From a bacterium (lineage in GTDB: Bacteria; Patescibacteriota; Saccharimonadia; Saccharimonadales; SZUA-47): a DNA stretch of 64,000 nucleotides. Numbering within the stretch: the first letter of the stretch is position 1; each line of letters opens with the position of its first letter. Location of the stretch: assembly GCA_030427125.1 (NCBI GenBank), contig JAUHXF010000001.1, positions 116,102 through 180,101 of the forward strand. The letters are read 5' to 3'. The notes under the pieces were generated by a model. The model was not told the origin of the DNA, made no database searches, and was given only the letters and a program-made list of their open reading frames with translations. The position numbers and the translations under genes were made by a program. Positions 58,999 through 64,000 of the stretch are shown here, one piece after another.

Positions 58999-60525
58999 AT
59001 GGATAAAACATTACACACACCCTATCTAAACGAAGCAAAAAGCTTATTGAGCGATGTTAAAAAATACAAACAACCTTATTGGACAGAGAGAGGCGAAGCT
59101 GCGGCATTGAAACTTTTTCATGAAGCGGCTACAAGAATCCCTGCCTACAAGGATTTTTTAGAAAAACAAGGATTCGATCCAGATTCAGTCGTGACTATTG
59201 AGGACTTTCAAAAGGTGCCTCTCACCAGTAAAGATAATTACTTAAGAAAATATAAACGCAGTGAATTGTGTTGGGATGGGAATTTCACAAACAATAGTTG
59301 GACAATAAGTGCAACTTCGGGTTCGACAGGCAAGCCTTTCTACTTCCCAAGACAAGATGTCCATAATGACTACTACGCACTAACTGCTGAAATGTATTTG
59401 CTAGAGCACTTCAAAATCGATCAAAAGTCTACTCTCTATGTAGACGCTTTTGCTATGGGAGTATGGATTGGCGGTGTATTCACATACGAATCTGTCAGAA
59501 AGGTCGCCGAAAGAGGCTACGACATTAGTGTGGTTACGCCAGGCATTAATACAGATGAAGTCCTAAACTGTGTACGTGAGCTCGGTGGAGAGTTTGATCA
59601 AGTTATTATTGGTTGTTATCCACCGATACTGAAGGACATAGTAGATATAGGTGTAGAACAGGGTATCGAGTGGTCGGACTATAACCTGGGTATAGTCTTC
59701 TCTGCTGAGGGCTTTAGTGAATCATTTAGACAGTATATTTTTGACAAAGCTAATTTGAAAGATTCGTACCTGTCTACCCTTAATCACTACGGGACTGTTG
59801 ATATGGGTACAATGAGTCATGAGACTGCGCTAACGAATCTTATTAGGAAGAATCTAGCCGATAGCGATGAGCTATCACGGTCAATATTCGGAAAAACCAA
59901 AAAGTTACCAACTCTGACACAATTTCTACCAGAACAGTTTTACTTTGAGCAAGTAGATGGGAATGTAGTCTGTACATCAAACAGTGGCTATCCGCTTATA
60001 AGGTATGATCTGAAGGATATTGGTGGTGTGCTCACAATGGAAGAGGTAGAAGTAGCCTATCGAGAATCTGGGGCTAGTCTCAGGGATGAGGCGTCTCGAG
60101 CGCATATCGACGGGCATATATGGAACCTGCCCTTCGTATATCTATTTGAGAGGGCAGATTTCTCTGTGACCTTTTCCGGAGCTCAAATATATCCTGAAGA
60201 AGTAAAAAAGGCCTTGCTAAATCCAGAGCTACACGATTCAGTAACAGGTAAGCTCACGTTAATTAGTGATTATGACGAAGAAGCACGTAACTACCTGGAA
60301 GTGCACATAGAGCTTCGTCGGGGTGTTGATGCCAGCAAAGATCTAGAGAACTTAGTACAAGAGAAAGTTGTTGAAATTCTTATAGCCGAGAATTCCGAAT
60401 ATCGAGTTTTACATCAAGCCAACCCCGATAAACTTTTACCAAACATAAAACTATGGCCCTTTAAACACGAAGAGCATTTCTCTGGAAAAGGAAAGCAAGT
60501 CTGGAGCAAGAAGCGTCAGAGGTAG
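58999..60525 (+). CDS. Phenylacetate-CoA ligase (PaaK)-like adenylate-forming enzyme
   Basis: P...K..Y, TSGSTGKP, YPP, AEG, YGT.D, PLIRY...D.G, ERAD, IYPE. Confidence 0.88.
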   Translation: MDKTLHTPYLNEAKSLLSDVKKYKQPYWTERGEAAALKLFHEAATRIPAYKDFLEKQGFDPDSVVTIEDFQKVPLTSKDNYLRKYKRSELCWDGNFTNNSWTISATSGSTGKPFYFPRQDVHNDYYALTAEMYLLEHFKIDQKSTLYVDAFAMGVWIGGVFTYESVRKVAERGYDISVVTPGINTDEVLNCVRELGGEFDQVIIGCYPPILKDIVDIGVEQGIEWSDYNLGIVFSAEGFSESFRQYIFDKANLKDSYLSTLNHYGTVDMGTMSHETALTNLIRKNLADSDELSRSIFGKTKKLPTLTQFLPEQFYFEQVDGNVVCTSNSGYPLIRYDLKDIGGVLTMEEVEVAYRESGASLRDEASRAHIDGHIWNLPFVYLFERADFSVTFSGAQIYPEEVKKALLNPELHDSVTGKLTLISDYDEEARNYLEVHIELRRGVDASKDLENLVQEKVVEILIAENSEYRVLHQANPDKLLPNIKLWPFKHEEHFSGKGKQVWSKKRQR

Positions 60526-60558
60526 TTTTTTCCTACAAACCACCTTATAATCAAGCTA

Positions 60559-62754
60559 ATGCTTTTAACGATTTCTATCACTGCTCTTGTAGTTCAGGCG
60601 CTTGTTGCACTAGTTGTCCTTCTTAAAGACAGAAAAGAATCCTCTCATATTTACTTTAGCCTACTTTCATTTGCACTGTTGTTTTGGGCACTATCAAGTT
60701 TCATGTTCGAGGCATACGAAAGTGCACAAACTATCGCTACAGTTCGTCTTACAATGTTTTTTGTAGTACTTCAGAATACGTTTTTTGCGTTCTTTAGTTA
60801 TTCTCTGGCAAAAACGAGCGTCTCAAAAAGAAAGAGAAACTCATACATTATTTTTTCGGTTATTACTGCCTTGGTGGCCTTGTCCCCGATCTTATTTACC
60901 GGGCTAGAAGAAGGGCAGAATGGTACATACCCAGTGGCAGGCCCAGGTATGCTGTTTTTCATAATTCATGCCCTAGCCTCTATCATTTACGGGTTCAGGT
61001 GTATGGTTAGCGCTCTTCACGACGCAAATGACCACGAAAAGAAGCAGCTAGAGGTAATTGTTGCTGGGTCAGTGATTTTGTGGGGTGTGGTGCCAGCAAC
61101 CAACTTTATTTACTCGATAACTCTCCAGACCACTTTCTTTGGGCTGTTTAGCCCGCTTTACGGATTAGCATTTTCGTCGCTTATTGCGTATGCAATTGTT
61201 AAACACAGACTGTTCGATATTCGTGCTGTTGCTACTCGTGCCGTTGGTTATGTAATTATTACCGGGGTAGTAGCTGTTACTTATGTTGTTTTGGCTAACT
61301 TGCTTCAAGCAATAGTGTTTGAAGACACGGAGATATCTACAGGATTTCTGTTGTTCAATATAACTCTTACAGTCACGTTAATCATCCTTTATCCATATCT
61401 AAAAAGAGTCATTGATCATCTGTCAAACAGTATCTTTTACAGAGATAATTATGACACACAGTCTTTTATTGACGAGCTTAATCAGGCTTTAGTGACGGAT
61501 GTAGAAGTCGAGTCACTTTTAAAGAAAACAGCAAAAATAATCGAAACAAATCTTAAAGCTTCATATTGTGGATTTTATATTCGTGAAACAGCGTATTTTC
61601 CTAGTCGCTTTGTATCTACTCAGTCAAAGAAATTGCCTACAGCCGACCTAGAAAGGATTCGTCAGGTTTCCCCTGAAATATCACAACTTGTGTACACACT
61701 CGACTCTAAGCCTCTGAATAACGAAGAGAAAATTCTTGAAGAGGTGATGAAGAAGAACGACATTGAAATTATTGGTAGACTGGTCAGTACCTTAAAGTAT
61801 GAGGTAGCTGGTGTGGGGTTCCTAGTTGTAGGACCGAAGAAATCAGGAAGTTCGTATACAGATCAGGACATAAAGGTGGTTGAGATAATCTCTAATGAGC
61901 TCGTATTGGCTGTTGAAAACGCGCTACGTCTCGAAGAAATTGAGAAGTTCAACGTTACCCTGCAGAAAAAGATTGATGAGGCGACGAAAGAGCTCAAAGA
62001 GAGTAACGACAAGCTTAAAGCGCTCGACGAAGCGAAGGATGAGTTCGTCTCAATGGCCTCGCATCAATTACGAACACCGCTCACCTCTATAAAAGGTTAT
62101 ATTTCCATGGTACTTGAAGAAGATGCAGGAAAGATAAACGAGACGCAGAAGAAAATGTTAGGTCAGGCGTTCTTTAGTTCGCAGCGGATGGTGTACTTGA
62201 TCTCTGATTTGTTGAACGTATCACGCTTAAAGACAGGGAAGTTTATTATAGAAACAAGACCAATTAACCTCGCCGACCTTGTCGAGTCGGAGCTTAATCA
62301 GTTGCAGGAAGGGGCCGTTGCCAAGAGTCAGACACTGTCATTCACGAAGCCAAAGGATTTTCCAATGCTCCACCTCGATGATATGAAGATTCGCCAAGTA
62401 GTTATGAATTTCACAGATAATGCGATGTATTACACCCCTGTTGGTGGAAAAATAACCATTGAGCTGAAAGATAAGAAAGGCAGTGTTGAGTTTACGGTAA
62501 AAGACAGTGGAATCGGTGTGCCAAAGAAGGAACAGCCAAAGTTGTTTACGAAGTTCTATCGTGCAGAAAACGCGCGAAAAGCTCGCCCTGACGGTACAGG
62601 CTTGGGACTGTTTATGGCTAAAAAGGTGGTCGTTGCACAAGGCGGAGCTATCATTTTCTCTTCGAAAGAGGGCAAAGGAAGTACCTTTGGATTTAGCTTC
62701 CCGAAGGAAAGACTGCTCGTGAAAAATGAGCCTAGCAGTAACGGTAAGAGTTAG
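60559..62754 (+). CDS. Sensor histidine kinase with N-terminal multi-TM (HisKA_7TM-like) and GAF-like domains
   Basis: Multiple TM helices ending YAIVKHRLFDI, GAF-like segment, H-box ASHQLRTP, N/G boxes (DNA..Y, DSGIG, GTGLGL). Confidence 0.93.
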   Translation: MLLTISITALVVQALVALVVLLKDRKESSHIYFSLLSFALLFWALSSFMFEAYESAQTIATVRLTMFFVVLQNTFFAFFSYSLAKTSVSKRKRNSYIIFSVITALVALSPILFTGLEEGQNGTYPVAGPGMLFFIIHALASIIYGFRCMVSALHDANDHEKKQLEVIVAGSVILWGVVPATNFIYSITLQTTFFGLFSPLYGLAFSSLIAYAIVKHRLFDIRAVATRAVGYVIITGVVAVTYVVLANLLQAIVFEDTEISTGFLLFNITLTVTLIILYPYLKRVIDHLSNSIFYRDNYDTQSFIDELNQALVTDVEVESLLKKTAKIIETNLKASYCGFYIRETAYFPSRFVSTQSKKLPTADLERIRQVSPEISQLVYTLDSKPLNNEEKILEEVMKKNDIEIIGRLVSTLKYEVAGVGFLVVGPKKSGSSYTDQDIKVVEIISNELVLAVENALRLEEIEKFNVTLQKKIDEATKELKESNDKLKALDEAKDEFVSMASHQLRTPLTSIKGYISMVLEEDAGKINETQKKMLGQAFFSSQRMVYLISDLLNVSRLKTGKFIIETRPINLADLVESELNQLQEGAVAKSQTLSFTKPKDFPMLHLDDMKIRQVVMNFTDNAMYYTPVGGKITIELKDKKGSVEFTVKDSGIGVPKKEQPKLFTKFYRAENARKARPDGTGLGLFMAKKVVVAQGGAIIFSSKEGKGSTFGFSFPKERLLVKNEPSSNGKS

Positions 62755-62921
62755 AAACTTTCTAAGCAACGTTTTCTAAGCAACGTATATAGTGATAATT
62801 ATCTCATTGCACGATGGCGTTTATAGTGCTGTAATAGTATTGATTTGCATGTTAAGAATTCTGCGGGAGTCTAGCATAAATAAAGGCGTTTAAGCATAAG
62901 GAGTACACCTATATAATAGTG

Positions 62922-62950
62922 TTGACAAAAAAAGAAGCATATGGTAATAT
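62922..62950 (+). promoter_or_regulatory. Strong sigma70-type promoter
   Basis: TTGACA-17-TAATAT with TG extension; SD AAGGAG at 62991-62996. Confidence 0.8.
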
Positions 62951-63005
62951 GTAACGGAAAATCTCATTATGTTAAGAGGTGGGATTCAATAAGGAGAGAA
63001 TAACT

Positions 63006-64000
63006 ATGTCAATGACACCAGAGCAATTAGCTGAGTATGGACTACCAGAAACAGCGTTTCAGGTTACTCCGGAAGCAATGCTATCAGCAACCCAAGAAGT
63101 ACCCGAAGACAATAGAGGTATTTTCCATAAAGCAATAGATAAGCTAAAAAGTCCGTTTACGAAAGCAGCTATTGTCGCTGGAGCCGGAACTTTAGTACTA
63201 GGAGCGTGTGGCGGTGACGATGATGCAGTAGGCAGCACCGACATGCCACCTGTAACCACTACAGCAACCGAGACTACAGACCCGACAGCAACAACCGTTG
63301 CTGCAGACGGAGATGAGCCTGTTGATACAGTTTCTGATCTCGAAGCCCGAGGTATGGCAAATGATGAAGCAGTGCGCAAACGATTGCGTGACACTGGCAT
63401 GGATGAAGATCTTATTGCTGAAATTGTTGGTATAAAGAGCATCGTAGAGGGTTCGGCTGATAAATGTGTAGCTCGAGTTGATTCTGCTATGAGCGAAGAA
63501 CTTACTGTTGAAACTGAACATGGCGCGTTCATTCGTCGTGAAAACGTACAGTCAGCAGGTATACTTGGCGGCCTTATTACGAATGGTGGTGTAAATCAGT
63601 TTACTGATTCAGTATCGCGCGATTACAAAGACGGTGAAGGTGATACTCGTGAAGAAGTGGCTGAATACTTTGCACAAGGTGTTGAAAATGATGAAATCCG
63701 AATGGAAGCATTGCAAGAAGCAGCTGCACGACTCTGTGCAGACCCATATTCAGCAGCATCTGGTGCAGTAATGATTGCTAATGCTGAACTCGGTAACTCG
63801 GGTGTTCGACTCGGTGAAATCTTTACTGGTCTTGAAGAGTACGTTGTAGACGGTGAACGAACTGAAGAAGCAATGGATGAGAAGTACGAAATTGCTCTCG
63901 AAGACTTCCTTGGTGAACCGAATGCAGACAATGAAGATGTCGTAGATGCATACTATACGCAGCAGGAGAAGGCAGCGACTATGGCCGCTATTCTTGAGTC
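63006..64000 (+). CDS. Acidic putative lipoprotein, truncated by the window end (absent from the ORF track)
   Basis: Frame from ATG 63006 reads MSMTPEQLAEYG...KAAIVAGAGTLVLGA-C-GGDDD followed by a Thr/Pro linker; promoter and SD upstream. Confidence 0.8.
   Translation, partial: MSMTPEQLAEYGLPETAFQVTPEAMLSATQEVPEDNRGIFHKAIDKLKSPFTKAAIVAGAGTLVLGACGGDDDAVGSTDMPPVTTTATETTDPTATTVAADGDEPVDTVSDLEARGMANDEAVRKRLRDTGMDEDLIAEIVGIKSIVEGSADKCVARVDSAMSEELTVETEHGAFIRRENVQSAGILGGLITNGGVNQFTDSVSRDYKDGEGDTREEVAEYFAQGVENDEIRMEALQEAAARLCADPYSAASGAVMIANAELGNSGVRLGEIFTGLEEYVVDGERTEEAMDEKYEIALEDFLGEPNADNEDVVDAYYTQQEKAATMAAILE

Noticed and set aside
63059-63931. Three minus-strand ORFs at the window end
   Set aside because: Shadows of the + strand ORF from 63006, which has a promoter, SD and lipobox
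1-64000. Alternative genetic code (UGA=Gly, as in some CPR lineages)
   Set aside because: Conserved genes are full-length under code 11, and TGA ends ruvA, pilM and murL at ATGA overlaps

Overview
Chromosomal segment of a small-genome monoderm bacterium, most consistent with Patescibacteria/Saccharimonadia. This is inferred from gene content: pilB-pilC-pilin-pilMNO without a secretin, a short TsaB, a class F sortase and many apparently leaderless genes. The genetic code is standard. Housekeeping content includes ruvAB, recA/recX, tsaE/tsaB, rny, scattered peptidoglycan genes (murE, mraY, HTH-murA, murB, murD2-murL), glyA/folC/folD, cls and six tRNAs. Four accessory features stand out. (1) A 13.6 kb six-gene surface-fibre locus (19824-33394): three secreted proteins share a WxL/Csu-pilin-like C-terminal domain, two membrane-anchored DUF916/PapD-like proteins follow, and the giant subunits carry triple tandem repeats of normally homotrimeric tips (phage tail-collar/His-x-His needle units; H-type-lectin-like units). 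Its promoters share a spacer motif. (2) A divergent aminotransferase-receiver / ThiF-PaaK-like ligase-7TM histidine kinase cluster that looks like a signal-synthesis-plus-sensor system. (3) A class F sortase with two adjacent beta-rich substrates. (4) A copper island at tRNA-Lys bracketed by ~160-bp hairpin units bounded by tRNA 3'-end copies. Smaller oddities are a tRNA-Gly with a compensatory U19:A56 pair and A73, a MurL lacking its cysteine cluster, dispersed 11-bp palindromic triplet repeats, and a lipoprotein missing from the ORF track at the window end. All assignments come from motif recognition by eye; no searches were run.
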